A stretch of DNA of 63,481 nt, counting the filler, from Folioceros fuciformis (lineage: Eukaryota), in the NCBI GenBank assembly GCA_049999805.1. It is 5 parts of 5 records of this genome, joined end to end, with 100 filler letters (N's around TTAATTAATTAA, not from the genome) between each part and the next. Parts side by side here need not be neighbours in the genome. Positions count along the whole stretch, not along the records: positions 40,911 to 53,847 come from JBNGIO010005375.1; positions 53,948 to 59,832 come from JBNGIO010005381.1; positions 59,933 to 63,481 come from JBNGIO010005389.1; 2 more parts are not named here. One strand, 5' to 3'. The notes beneath the pieces are model-generated. The model was not told the origin of the DNA, made no database searches, and saw nothing but the letters and a program-made list of their open reading frames with translations. Positions 49,950 through 63,190 of the stretch are shown piece by piece; the stretch's first letter is position 1; the number at the start of each line of letters is the position of its first letter. The translations under genes were made by a program, and so were the position numbers.

Positions 49950-50900
49950 TCCTAGAGGTCATAGGAGGGTTGCCCCCATGTACCGCTAATGCCTAATTGC
50001 ACCACAGGCCGAATAGGCACAAGCTCCAGACCATTGCTCACCGTTGAAACTGCAAAAGTGGGTTACCTAATGCGGCCTCATTGCCAAAAAGAGAAATTTG
50101 CTCTATGATGATGATATTTAGTGCTCTGAACAGCCCTTGTAGCCAAATCTCTACTCCTGCCAAATAGCTCGTGCATATTCACACTGAAACAAGATGTGAT
50201 TGCTTTTGTGGGCAACACCCATTGTACAAAGACAGCATAATTCTTCCCTCGCTACTACCAGCAACCCATCCCATCTATTGGCATTAGGTAAGCAAGCTTG
50301 GAAGAAGCACCACACCATGATCCTGACATGGGGGATTCTTACGGAACCCCAGAGCAAGCTTGAGAGCCGTCAATTGTCGATGCCTAGACATCTTCAACCT
50401 TGGCGCCATCAATTTGCCCTCCCTCTTCCTCTAGGAGTGAACAAGCCACTGGTAAGCTTGGAAAGTATACAAGTTAGAAAAAGACATGGTAATGGAGTCG
50501 CCTCTCTTCTCCCAAAGTAGGCCACCTAAAAAGGTCAAGCCGGAGCGTGAGGGCCCAATTCTTTGCAAGACGAAACCAGTAGAGGGTCGAAGCCGTAGCC
50601 AAGGAATAGTGCTTTGTTGCAACCTCCTGAGGTGTGTGCCACTAGCATGCTCTCAAAGTTTGTACGAGGACAGTGATAGGGGGAAGCTCCCAAAGGTTAA
50701 CTTCCTCGTCTTCTCGTCCACTCTGTTCAAGTGTCCCCAAGGGTGAAACTGTTCTTAAAGACTTCGCGAACCAACACTTGCTGCTACGCAAGACGTGTAC
50801 TGCTCTATTTAGCTCCGTCAAGCTTAATCCAACTTTAGACTCAATCTCCTCCTATGCAGCCCGCCACGTATATGCTCCCCAAGCCCCTTCAGTGTCGTCT
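49950..50900 (-). mobile_element. Degenerate L1 LINE ORF2 3' remnant (zf-RVT)
   Basis: LWGSVRIPHVRIMVWCFFQACLPN...CCLC...NHILFQCEYARAIW fits the plant L1 zf-RVT pattern. Boundaries approximate. Confidence 0.7.
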
Positions 50901-51929
50901 TCTTGAATCAAAAGCAAACTCCTTCCTTCACGCCTTGACAAACTCCTTCCTTCATGCCTTGATGAACTCCTTCCTTCACTCCTCACAAAGTCCTTCCTTC
51001 ATGCCTCAGTCACAGAACCGCCTCACTCACCTCAGAAAAAAGCGCACGCTCACATGAACAGCAGCAATCTGTTGGACGCCTTCCCCCCCGCGTGATCTCA
51101 CACCTTAGATACACCCCTTGCGGTCTCAATTCAGCTTCTTCACAGCCTCTCCAGTCTCATCGCAACCAGTCACACATACACACCACGTCTCATTGCACCC
51201 CACACACATTACCCACCTCGCCTCCGGGGTTTCCCAAGCTTTGTTCTCTCTTACCCCACTCACCAGTTCGCTATGTACATTCTGCTAGTCTTAATAGTCG
51301 TCGAATCACTTCCACTCCGCTTCACTTCCTGCTCCACTCCTTCTGGCTTCCTTTTCGCATTCGCTCTTATCCACTACTCGGCCACTCGCTCCTCCTCCCT
51401 CTCACACGCGCGCACTTCCGCGCTCTCCTTTCTCCGGTTCTTCAGTCTTCTTTCTCAGCGATGCCCCTCCTGGGCTCCTATTAACGTTGAGAAATGGTGA
51501 GGTACCGGAGCTAAGAGAAGAGGAGTCCCTTCCACTCCGCACTCACGGATTCGGCTCTGACACCCGCACCACCCCACGTGACCACCTCGAGGATAGCTGG
51601 GGAGCTTCTTTCCCACTCAGCGAGGCTCCTCCTCCCGATTCGTCCCCGGACTTGATCACGGAGCACCCACCACTTCCACCCGCACCCCAGGTTGTTACGT
51701 GCGCTCGCTTGCCTGGACCTCCTGTCCAGCAACAGCCATCGCTAGGTCCCTGCAAGGTCGACTGTTCGGCTGGTTCTTGCTGATTTCTTAGGCCTTCAAA
51801 CAGGCCTCTTGTACACGGTGATGGCGGTTTTTTTCCGCCATAAAGTCTGTCAGGCAGGGGAGCTGCGCTCTTAAATTTTGAGCGACTTAGGTCTTAATAA
51901 AGCACGCTAAAAAATCCTATTCTAGCCTG

Positions 51930-53847
51930 CATTTACTATTGCCCTTTCCCACGCCGCTGGCAGCTTCCTCCTGGCCTTCGCGTGTCACCTCTTGCTGCCC
52001 CTCCTCTTGCTCTTCTGCCCCTCTGTTGGTCCGGCAAATCCTCCCAGAGGATCTCCGCATCACTGCTGTTGCTGCTGGACCTGGCTGGCGGCGCAGGTGG
52101 GTCCCGCCGCTGTGGTCCACCACTCCTCCTCCTTCTCTGGTTGCTGAGGACAGCCACAGGCCCCCGTCCTACCCAGCGCTAGGCCTCCTCTTCTGTCAGT
52201 TCCTCTAGAACTGCCTCCGCATAGCAGTGGGGCAGTCGTGTCACCCACCAGCTGTAGTGGTAGAGTCCCAGGCGCGTCCTCAACTGTAGGACGTAGCCCT
52301 GCGTCCCTCCCCGTCCTCCCTTGGGCTTCCTCGGGTTGCCTGCTCCCCCTCCTGCTGGGGTACCTAAAGGTTCTCTGCCTGCCCAGCTGTTGCCTCCTCC
52401 GGCTCTATCCTCCTGGTACGGGTCACCCTCCTGGAGCGCCTAGGGGCAGGCGCCCCTACTGCTTCCTCCTTCGTTTCCAGGGCTGGTTCTTCAGCTGTCA
52501 TGGGCCTTGCTAGGCCACCGGTAGCCCCGTCAGCTACCCGACTACTGGTAGTCCCCTCGACTACCATTCCCCTGGTTCGGCTACCGGTAGCCCCTTCTGC
52601 TACCGGGGTTGCTGACTGACTCGGACGTCCAGCATTTCTCTTCCCCTTCACGCTCTCTCTGGCCTCATCCCGCTCCCGCTTGTATCTGTCAGCCAACTTC
52701 TGAGCCTGCTCCACGGCAGCTATCTCCATCTCCTGTGCCCTAGCCATTTCCTGTTGCATCTCCAGGTTAGTCTCGTGAGCCTCCCTCACCTGAGCTAGCA
52801 GGGTCCCCTGTTGCTCTTTCAGCGCCTGCACTTCAGCCCTCGCCTCGCGCGCCTCTTCCTCGGCTTGAGCCTTCTCCCTGTCCAGGACCCACGGCTTCTC
52901 CTCCAGCAGTTGTCGCGCCGCCTCCAACTCCGCCAATTGCCTCCTTGCTTCAGCCTCTCGCTCATGAGCCTTCTCTTCCTTTCCCCAAGCTTCGGCCTCT
53001 CGCTCCGCTTGTACACTTAACCAGGTCAGGGCCCTAGCACCCTGATCCAGGAGGTCTACTTGGGCCTGCACCATCGCAGCAGTCAGCCCGGGTAGGTCCA
53101 CCTCCTACACCCCTCCGGTGCCCATTCCTCTCGCCGTGATTTGTCTGCCTAGGAATTCTCGCAACTTGTCTAGGTCCCCCACCTGCAACCTGTCTCTCTG
53201 AGGCCTGCACCTGAAAATGTCCTTCCACCTTGAGGAACCCTCATGTGCTGAAACGTGCCCTAACTTATTCTCCTGTCTGGAGGAAACTATGTCGGCTACC
53301 ATCACCTGATCCAGTGGCTCCTCGGGTCTTGTCCCACCCTGACCTTGCTCCTCCAACCTTCGGTCCTTGATTCCCTGGACAGCTGGTTCTCGTTCGGCCT
53401 CCTGTTGACCTGTCTGCTCCTGGGCTATCCCCTCTTCCTTCTGATGAGCCCCCATGCTCACACTTTGTCCTCTGGTCCTTTTCCTCCTGGCAGGAGTCTT
53501 CTTTTGTGGCGCCATCCTCTTCCTAGGCTTGACTGGGGTTTCCTCTTGCGAGCTATTCCCACTGTCAGCTTCCCAACTGCTGGAGGCAGCCCTTGTTGGC
53601 TCAGCGGGCTTCCACTTCACATCACGAACTAGCTTCCACAGGTGCAGCGAGGCCAGCCTTTCTAGCTCAGTGACCAGGTTAGCGTAACTGTAAACATGGA
53701 TTAGAAACGGGGAAATCATAGAAGGTTCAGGGGTGGGTCGGATCAGGTTCTGCCTCTCCTCATCCATCCGGGTGTATAAAATCCTCCCCCAGTCGATCCT
53801 GGTGCCCTTCACTACTTCATGCACAAACAGGAGCATCTGATCGGACA
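51930..53847 (-). pseudogene. Long TE-associated ORF (N-terminal helical domain, basic/acidic linker, coiled coil) broken by single stops
   Basis: ORFs 53105-53836 and 52364-53101 are in the same frame and separated by one TAG. A homologous fragment lies at 28.1-28.5 kb. The 5' end is cut by a scaffold linker. Confidence 0.65.
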
Positions 53848-54003
53848 NNNNNNNNNNNNNNNNNNNNNNNNNNNNNNNNNNNNNNNNNNNNTTAATTAAT
53901 TAANNNNNNNNNNNNNNNNNNNNNNNNNNNNNNNNNNNNNNNNNNNNGCCAAGGAGAGGAGGAGAGGTGTTTACCTGCAGAGGCGAGTGAAGCTCGCATC
54001 ACG

Positions 54004-56210
54004 TTGATCGTGGAGGGTCGACGCCTGAGTGTTGGGAAGACGGGAGCATCCCCCTTCGGACTATGCAAGGAGTGCCGCTGTGAAGCCGTGGACATGTGCT
54101 CGCGGGATTTTCACCGACGTCACAACCCCTGGATAAGACCTCGACCTGGACAGAACGCTTCCGGAAGACAAGGGCAACAGCCGTTGCTCAGTGAATCTCC
54201 GGCCTTCCATCTGCATCGAGATCCGACTGTAAGAATTGTGCAGGAGAGACCCCACCAGTGCGCATTTTCAAAGTTTCATCACAAGAGAGCCTCCTATCCC
54301 ACTTTCCAGCACACAAGGAGACAGCGCCCTGCTGTCAATGTACCTCTGTCCTGTGCATCACCTGTACTTGGCGAAGTTCGAGACCTCCCTGACACCTTGG
54401 TGACGTTCATTTCATTTGCCTTTAAGCGTTTCCAGCAATTAGGAGATATGTTGGATAACTTGCAGCAACATCTGCACAAAGTCAACGTCCACCTGTGTAG
54501 TCTGGACCTGCGTCTACTTGTGACACTGCAGAATGAGCATGTAAGAAAAACTAACAATGCTAAACTCTGTGTACCTGAAGTAGGCAGCACGAGCAAAGAA
54601 ATGAGAAACGCCGAACCGAAAGGTGTGCCGGCGGCTCTCCATTCACTTCCATGAATGCAAACTAGTGAACATGATGCTGTCTCGGAGCTTATTGACCAGT
54701 CACTAGAAGGAGATTTTCTAGACGGGATAGCATCGCTGTTTAACATGGCCGACGACAGCAATGACTTTGTCGCTGATCGGCAAAACAACAATAGAGATGG
54801 TGATCAATGAGATAGCACTGATAGTGTTATAGCTCGATTCATCAAAAACATGCAGCCTGTGCGGTTTGACTTCAAAGAAAAAGACAGGCTCACAAATGGT
54901 GCCAATTATGATGTGTGGAAGTTGCGAATGAAGGGGATCCTGCTGGAGCTCTCCCTGTGGGGTCACGTTTCTGGTGACCTGCCTCGTCCAGCTGACAAAC
55001 CTGCACAAGCAGAAGGACAACGTTTAGACGACCAAGTTCTTTGGGACTTCCTGGACTTCCGTGCATAGAGTGCAATCAGACTCGGACTCATTGAGGAGAT
55101 GGTAACTGCCACCTTGACTGCCACCACATCAAAAGAAATGTGGGAGCATCTTAGTATGGTTTACCATGGGAAGGACATGATGTCCAAGATGTCCGCAAGT
55201 GCGAAGTACTATAGCCTAAAAATGCGAGAAGGCGAACCTTTGGACCAATTTGTTGGAAAGTTCAGAGTAGCGCGCCTTAAACTGGAACAGTCTGGGAACC
55301 TTGTGAAAGAATCTGAAGCGTGTGTGAGGCTATTATCTGCACTTCCACCAAGCTACACGAATTTTGTCACTAGTCAAAACGCAGTTCTGAGACTAGCACA
55401 ACAATTGGCTGTTGTGACGAAAATGAAGGAGGAGGACATACCTTCTCTGAATGTGAACGAACTTGTAGGTGTTCTAATGATGGAGGATGTGAGCAGGCAG
55501 ACCCTTGCTACTGCAAAAACACCCAGTGGGTAGGCGTTGTTCACTGCAAGGCCAAAAGGGCCACGAAAGGGACCTGGTAAACCCTACAAAACCAGAGGAC
55601 CTGGATTGAGCTCTGCAAGAGAGGCATCATCCAGCCAGAAGAGGCAAGGCAAGGCAACTACAACTGGTGTGGGCTGCATAATCATTGGGAGAGAGACTGC
55701 AGAAAGAAAAAGAATGGCAAACCTAGGCGGGTTCCAGCTCCTAAGGTGAATACTTTGGCCAAGATGGAGGAGGCGACGCCGTCTGTGCTGATGGTTTAAG
55801 TTTCCCCTCTCTCTGAGTCTCCCTCCCCCTCTAAAAGGTCAAGGCCTGCGCCATCACAGGTTAGGAGTTCACCTAGAATCCTGACAGTCTGCCTATCTGC
55901 AACAGAGTCACACACACCAAGTTGGTTCATAGATTCAGGGGCAACCGCACACATCTGCCATGATAGGTCTGCATTTTCTCAATACGTCCTCCACTCTGAG
56001 TCACAAAATGTCTTGCTAGGGGACGCTAGTGAGCTGCAAATTAGAGGTGTGGGTACTGTTACCTTAAGGTTGGAAAATGGCAGTAACTTGGTCTTGCACA
56101 ACGTGTTGCATGTCCCTACAATCACAAAAAACTTGGTGTCAGTGTGTCAGCTGGTTCGCAGTAGAGAGTTAGAAGTAACATTCAAAAAGTTCATGTGCGT
56201 GATCAAAGAG
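54004..56210 (+). mobile_element. Ty1/copia 5' fragment: gag (with long in-frame N-terminal extension) and protease
   Basis: LTNGANYDVWKLRMKGIL, LLSALPPSY, degenerate knuckle YNWCGLHNHWERDC, protease WFIDSGATAHIC, LHNVLHVPTITKNLVSV. Truncated at ~56210. Confidence 0.88.
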
Positions 56211-56549
56211 GAGCATGGTGGAGGAGAGGAGAAGAGGAGGCAGAGAGGAGAGGACAAAAAGAGGTCACATTGAGAGTCGTTGGCAAGGGAGCTCAAGGGG
56301 GTATTTATACCCTCTAGAAGAGCTCCCTAGGAAGCTTCACAAGAAGCTCACAGGAAGCTGCGCAAGAAGCTTCCTACAGATAATGCTAAAGCTAATCTAA
56401 ACTAATGATACTTAACTAGACACTAATCTTAGACTAAACACATTAGTCTAAGCACATTNNNNNNNNNNAGTCTAAGCACATTAACTAGACACTAATCTTA
56501 GACTAAACACATTAGCCTAAGCACATTGGGCTTTAATAACCCTACAGTG

Positions 56550-59500
56550 CCTGGGCCGAGGGCCTGAGAGCAGGCGGTCACGCAGGGAGTGCCTAAGGTT
56601 GTGGGAGCATCAGATTCGGGAAAAGCTAGCCAGCCAGATGGTCAGGCAGGGGGAGCGTCGACTCAGGGTAAGTAGGCTGGAGGATAGCCGGATTAGGAAT
56701 GGGCCGGCTGTTCGGCTAGCCACACTAATCGGCTGACTTGACCTGGGCTGAGGATGGGCCTTTCCGGCAAGATGCAGTCGAAGTCAAGGCGGCGCGAGGT
56801 TGGTCAGCTATGCATGCAGAGCCAGCTAGCTGGGCCGGCGGGAGCAAATTGGGCATGGATTTGGGCTGGGGGAATTGGCCGAGGTAGAGCAGGAAGGCCG
56901 CTTGGCTTGCAGGAACGGGCCAAGATGGATTCACGGTGAAATCAAGGCACTGCCCGACTGGTCTCGACAAGAGGCAGGCGGACACTTTCAGACTGGAGGA
57001 TCTGGCCAGGGCCGAATTCAAAGTCCAAGCAACAAGCTAGGGCTGTGGCCGGCCAACCCTACAGCCCAGCAATTGGGCGTGTGGTGACTCAGTAAGGGCG
57101 GATAGCGGCACATCAGCCAGGCTGGGTGACAATGGCCTGGCTGCTGGCAAACCCGCAGGTCAGGCCCGATGGCGGCTTGGCTGCCCAGCTTTGGAGCTGA
57201 GCCGTGGATGGCTGATCCAGCCTGGTGCGGCCAAACTGGGCAGGATGGCTGTTGGTGGAATTTGGAGGCCTGTTCCTGGGCGGTGGGGATAGGCCTGGCG
57301 GCTGGCTGGCTTGGAACTGGTCGGAAGGTGAGTGCTGGAGGCAGGTCGGGACATGAGGTCGGGGCGGATCAACCAGGGGCGGTGCTGGATTCGCCTGGGT
57401 TGGATGGCCGACCCTGGAGTTAGCCGGAGGGCTGGCTAAGCAGGGTCTTGGAGGGACGTTGCCCGGCCAGATCCTTCCGGCCGGGTTCGGCCTGGCTGTG
57501 TGTTACTGCTCGACCAGCCGAGCTGGCTGGCTGCTAGCAGGCTAGCCAGGCCATAGGTAGCAAAAGGGTTGCGATCAGGCTGCCTAGCCAGACCTAGGGG
57601 GAAGGCAAGCCGGGCAGGAGGCTGGCCAGTTGGCTGGGCGAAGGGTGGCTGGTGGATCCAGCCAGCCAGGAGGTCGCATCGGAGGCGGCCTGGGAGCTGG
57701 GGTTGACCTAAGTGAGGTCGGAGCCAGAGGTAGGCTGGACTAGTCGGGGCTGCAGGCTGCGGGTGGACTGGAGGTGGCAGAACCGACCAGGCAGCCTGGG
57801 CGGATGTTGGAGGGCAGGCGCTGGCTTGCAGGCTGGCTGCGCTTGTCCAGCCGGCGCGGGAAGGCAGCTGGCAGGTGATCTACAGATAGATCCAACTAGG
57901 CAGTAGCCGCATGGCGCATGCTGGATGGGCAAGGGGGTGATGTGTCCAAGGAGTGTCCAAGCCGGCCGGCTGAGATCCAAGTTGGCTTGGGCTGATTCTC
58001 GGGCTTATCCATGCGAGCTGGCTTGCAGGAATTGGCCCGGGTGACCTCGAGTCGGAGAGCAGGAGCTGAGCGAGTCGTCAGCGGCCAGCCAGTCGATTGG
58101 GCTGGCTGGCTGCAAGTAGCCAGACGACCAGGGGCTGGACCAAACTAGGACAGCGAAGCCAGTTTGGTCGGGCTGGCTGGTTGGTCATGGCGGGATGCTA
58201 GGCTGGGCAGCCAGACTGGCGGGCTGCCTGCAAGCCGGGGAGCAGTCAGGCCAGGAAGGCGACCTAGCTGATGGGTGACGACCAAGTCCAGGCGGCCGGG
58301 CAGGGGCATGATCGGACGGGACTAGTGAGGTGCTTGGCGGGTCTGGCTAGATATCTGGTATGCGAGAGCAAGCTGGCCGGGCCGATGGTGGTGAATCGAG
58401 CCCAAAAACCAAGACAGGCGTGGATCTGGTGGGAGGCTTGGCGGATCGGACGGGATCAGCCAGGAAGCGGCCTGCCTACAGCTGAAGATGGCCAGGCAGG
58501 CAACCAAGCCATTTTGGTAGTGCATGCAGTGGCCGGGCTAGTCGAAGTTGGAGGCCAGATAAGTGGGCCGAATGCAGGCCGAGGCTGGATCCGGAAGCCA
58601 GCCGCCGACCTGGCTGCAAGAGCTAAGCCGCCAGGCCGGCTAGCCTGGCTTCTAGGCAGCTGGATTCAGTAGGCAACCAGCCTGGCCGACTGGTTGCCTG
58701 GCTAAATCTACCAGGCGGTTGGCAGTAGCCGTTGGGGTGGCTGGCCAGTGGACTCGGGTGATTTGACTGGATCAGCTGGTGGCTAATCGATTGGTGGGTC
58801 GGATCCGGCCATACATCTAATCGATGGGCTGGCCGAATTGGGACTGGAATGGATCAGGCCTGCGGCAGGCTGGCTGGTTGATCCTGGAGCGGGCAGCCAC
58901 CTAGGTGGTAGGCGACTCGGCATCTAGGAAGCAGGCGACCCGCGGACTGACTGCCTTGCCAGACCCGGGAGTCGATGGCCAGCCTGGAGCGCAGCAGGAT
59001 CAACCGGCCTGCAGCCAGCTTGGCTAGCTGATCTGGAAGGCGGGCTGGTCGGCTAGCCGGGCTAGTCGGGGTGGACCTAGGTGTGCTGGTTGGGCTGGAG
59101 GCAGGCGGATGGCATTGGACTGGCAGCAGCCAGGCAAGCTGATCGTGGCTGTCTAGTCCCAATCAGATGGAGGCTAGACAGCTCGGGGAGGTCATTGACT
59201 GCGGGGAGGTGGCTGAAGGGCCGGAGCAACAGGCCAGCCCAGCCCAGCAGTAGGCAGCCTGGTAGCGGCAAGCGGGCTGGCTGGGGGTGGCCGATGCTGT
59301 GTCAGGCAGGCAACCTGGCTGGCGATCCAGCAAGCTGGCCAGCAGTTTGCAGCGGCTGGCGAGCGGGCCAGCTGCTAGGGGCAGGCAGGCGCCCCAGCAG
59401 CGCGGAGGCCCGGCTGCTGCAGTTCAGGTAGGCATATCCTAGCACTAGCCGGCCAAGCAGGCGGAACCAGGAAGCCAAGACGGCAGCAGGCTGGCTGGCA

Positions 59501-59832
59501 AGTAGTCGGCACCGGATCGCCGTGATGGGCTGGTGGGATACTGGCAAGGGGCCGGATTCGATGGAGGCAGGTAGGGTAGTCGAGGCCGGGCAGAGCAAGC
59601 CGGCTTGTGAGCGGCCTAGTTAGTCGGCGGGCTGGCGAAATCAAGGCTGGAGACGCCAAGCTACAGGAGGCAGGTGGCCGGGTTGATTGGCTACCGGGGT
59701 GGCTTTACAGGCGGATCATGCCTACCAAGCAATCGGCAAGCGGGCCAGCAGCGCAGGCAGACCCGAGGCGGCATCAAATCCAGGCTGGGTAGGCTGGCGG
59801 GGGGCTGAAGATTGGCGGCCTAGCGGCTTGCC
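56550..59832. repeat. G-rich, low-complexity degenerate repeat tract (GGCTGG/CCAGCC/GCTAGC motifs)
   Basis: Dense recurrence of GGCTGGC, GCCAGCC and CTAGC over 3.3 kb, with strong G skew and no credible ORF. Confidence 0.6.
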
Positions 59833-60793
59833 NNNNNNNNNNNNNNNNNNNNNNNNNNNNNNNNNNNNNNNNNNNNTTAATTAATTAANNNNNNNNNNNN
59901 NNNNNNNNNNNNNNNNNNNNNNNNNNNNNNNNTCCCCAGCCGATCCCTACCGATCCCTAGGTACAACCGTTCGGTACGATCCAATCCCATCACCCCACGA
60001 ACCGCCCCTCCGACCCCTGATCCTCCCTGCCTCTTTTGGTGGAATCGAATGGAAGAAGAGGAGAATAGTGCGTACTGTAATTTTATTAAATTCCACTTTC
60101 CCGTCCCTACAGATGTACATACAGTACAGTACGAGACTATAGTTGACAGCAGTCAGAGAAACAACATCAACTGAAAAGACCAGGATGGAAAAGGAGTCCG
60201 CGCCAAAATGAGGACGAGGAAGCCACCGAGGCGCCCGGGTCGTTCCACTCCGCAACCTTCTAATCCGCTGGTCAAAGTGGCGACAGATCTGAGAACGCGC
60301 GTTCTCAGCTCTCTTGACTCACGCTTCACATGGATTTACGACTCGCAGATTCACGACAGAAATTCGTTTGAATCCGCGGATATATTCTCACCTTCGTCGT
60401 TGTTTCTTCCTCAGTTCATACCCGGCAGCGTGCGTGATGGCGGGAGGTAGATACAACCTGTAGGTAGGTGGGGAGTAGGTCTTTCTGTATGGAGGATGGA
60501 TGGATAGCTGGCTGGCTGGATCTAGAGGGAGCTGATAGGTTTGGCTGTTACGTTATGTTGACGGGGGAGGGTTTGGGATAGACTTCCTAGGCCACCAAAC
60601 CGTCGGGGATTAGGGCTCTTGAGTTTCCGTGTGAGCGGGTAACGGCCCGGTTTCTGGTGGTGATGGGTAAAGGNNNNNNNNNNNNNNNNNNNNNNNNNNN
60701 NNNNNNNNNNNNNNNNNNNNNNNNNNNNNNNNNNNNNNNNNNNNNNNNNNNNNNNNNNNNNNNNNNNNNNNNNGCGAGAGATAACGGAGGTGG

Positions 60794-63190
60794 ATGACGA
60801 TGGATGACAACAGCTCTGTGTACGTGGGAGGCTTGTCCTTCGACAGCACCGAAGACATGTTACGCAATGTGTTCGAGGCCTACGGCGACATTATGGCTGT
60901 CAAGGTGGGAGGGCGCGCATTTGAGAGCGCCAGCCGCAGGCTGACTTCAAGGACTCTTGCCTCATCAGCTTGATCCATGATTTCCTTTTTTATTTTTATA
61001 GATTATTTATGACAAGGAGTCGGGGCATTCGAGAGGCTTTGGCTTTGTTACCTTCACCAATCCTAGGGCAGCGGGAGAAGCCATTCATGCCATGGACGGC
61101 GGGGTGAGTAGAGCTTGTTACCACCACCACCACCACCACCACCGTGTGCATGATGAACAAGTTGGAAATTCAAGTTTCGTAGTGGTTTCAACTTGCTTCT
61201 TTCTTTCCCTGCAATGTTGATGCTGCTATTGAAGTTTGCAGTGGATTTCCTTCTTGCTTCTAGTTGATTGCTGGAAGAACTATTCGAGTGAACGAGGTGA
61301 AAAAGATCACTTCTCGAACCATGGCATCAAAACGTGAAGGTGCTCTTAATAGGGATTCTGGATTCCAAAGGGAAAGGGATAGGGATAGGGAAAACTCGGA
61401 GAAAGATCGAGACAGGGGGAGGTACTTGCTGCCAAGCAACAGTCCTTCTAAATATGAAGCTTTGTCAGGTTATTGAACTACCATAGTTTCTTGATTACTT
61501 TAGTGCATAGTCTTGTGCAGCAATGGTTATCGAGGTACTATGAGAGGTTTATCTCCCACAACTCAAAAACATCACAGCATGCGCCTTACTCGTGGTCGGA
61601 AAGCACATAGATCTCCCAAGCGAGGTACAGTACAATGCATGCACCACAGGTATAGGCAAACTTTTCTTAACCTTCAAATTTCTTTGTGGGAATGTCTGAC
61701 TTGACATATCAATGTCCACAGGTCGCAGTGCATCAAATTATTCATCTCCATCCAAGAAACGATCTCGTAGTCCCTATTCTGCATCACCGCCTGGCAGTCA
61801 AGATCGGTATGCCCTCTTTCTTATTTTTTTTTACATTTAACCATAAGAAACTATCATGTGTTGCACTAAAGACCATATTCTCTTTCTTCCACTTACAAAA
61901 GAAATCAAACAGATAGGAAGGTTATCCTCAAAGCACACAATGAACCTAATTTGAGAACCTTGTAGACAAGGCCATCATGTTGCAAGGAAACTTAATTCAT
62001 GTCGTTTCATGCAGGAAAGATTATCATATTATGAAACTTGTTTAACAAATTTTCTATCTTTTTCATGAGAAAGTGAATGAACTACAACGTCCATTGAAAT
62101 TTTCTTCTTGACCTCTACGCCACATGACAAACAAAGGGTTCTACAACATAGCGTATAGTGTCAGTGAAACAAGAGTTTATGTTAAGGTCTATGTTCTTTT
62201 GTGATGATTATCAGTTTGCAAAAGGTGGAAAATGTTACATCTGCTCCAGTAAGCCCATTTCTCAAAAGGAATTCAAAACAACGAGAAATGGCATTGGAAA
62301 AGGTATGTTTCAACTTAGATTCAACTTAATGCATGAACAAGCTAAGATGTGCTTTAAAACTCTATCATTTGAGAAAAAGTTCCTTGGTGCTCATCATAAG
62401 TCTCCATAGCACAGATTAAAGAAGACTTGGATAACGTAATACAATCTCGTCAAGAATTGGAAAGGAAGGTAAGATACACAACACTTCAAATCTTTCACAT
62501 GCAATAATAAAGTATAGAGGAGTCTTATTAACCCGTACAATTGCTACCACTTCAGGTAGCAAAACTTGAGTGTTCTTGTGAGACTAAAGATCAGAACATA
62601 CAACAATTACAGACTAAATCAAAGGTTCAAGATATGAACTTTCAATGTAAGGTTTATGTTTAAAAAACATTCCTCAAGACTTACTCATGAAAAATCTTCT
62701 TCTACAAACATCTAGAAACTTGAAGGAAGAGTTGTGCAAATACAAAGTGCCATTTCTCATAGGAAGATTCAAATGAGAAAGGTTGGCTTGATCTTCCAAT
62801 CTTGCTTTTTAAAAATTATTCTAATTAATCTCTTTAAAAACCTTTCGTTCTTTACTTGACATGACACTTGAATGCATTTTGTGATGCGTAGCTTAAAAGT
62901 GGTATCAAGAAGATGCGAGACTTTGGTGATCTATTGAAATCATGTGAAAAAGAATTCAAGGCAATTTTCTGACTTTCTTTGATATAAGTATTTTTTTAAT
63001 TAAATAATAATTTAAAAAGATATACATAATTATTCTTAGTCATTCTTTTATCTTTTGACTATGATAGGTCTTGACAACCATATTTGGCACGGAGCTAGAG
63101 GGTGAAGAAGCCGGAGAGGTTGTTCAACATGAGAAACAAGAGTTGATTGAGGTTAAAGAAGAACAACAAGATAAAGAAAAAGTATCTTGA
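60794..63190 (+). CDS. RRM + Arg/Ser-rich + coiled-coil RNA-binding protein, ~11 exons
   Basis: Exons 60794-60904, 61002-61103, 61264-61421, 61521-61624, 61722-61806, 62215-62302, 62415-62468, 62556-62624, 62716-62781, 62892-62960, 63068-63190. MTMDDNSSVYVGGL (RNP2), RGFGFVTF (RNP1), GRTIRVNEV. The N-terminus resembles Arabidopsis At5g19960 as recalled. The last intron needs a GC donor. Confidence 0.82.

Noticed and set aside
56725-59884. Many Gly/Ala/Trp/Pro-rich ORFs
   Set aside because: They are by-products of a GC-rich low-complexity tract, occur on both strands and show no domain signal.
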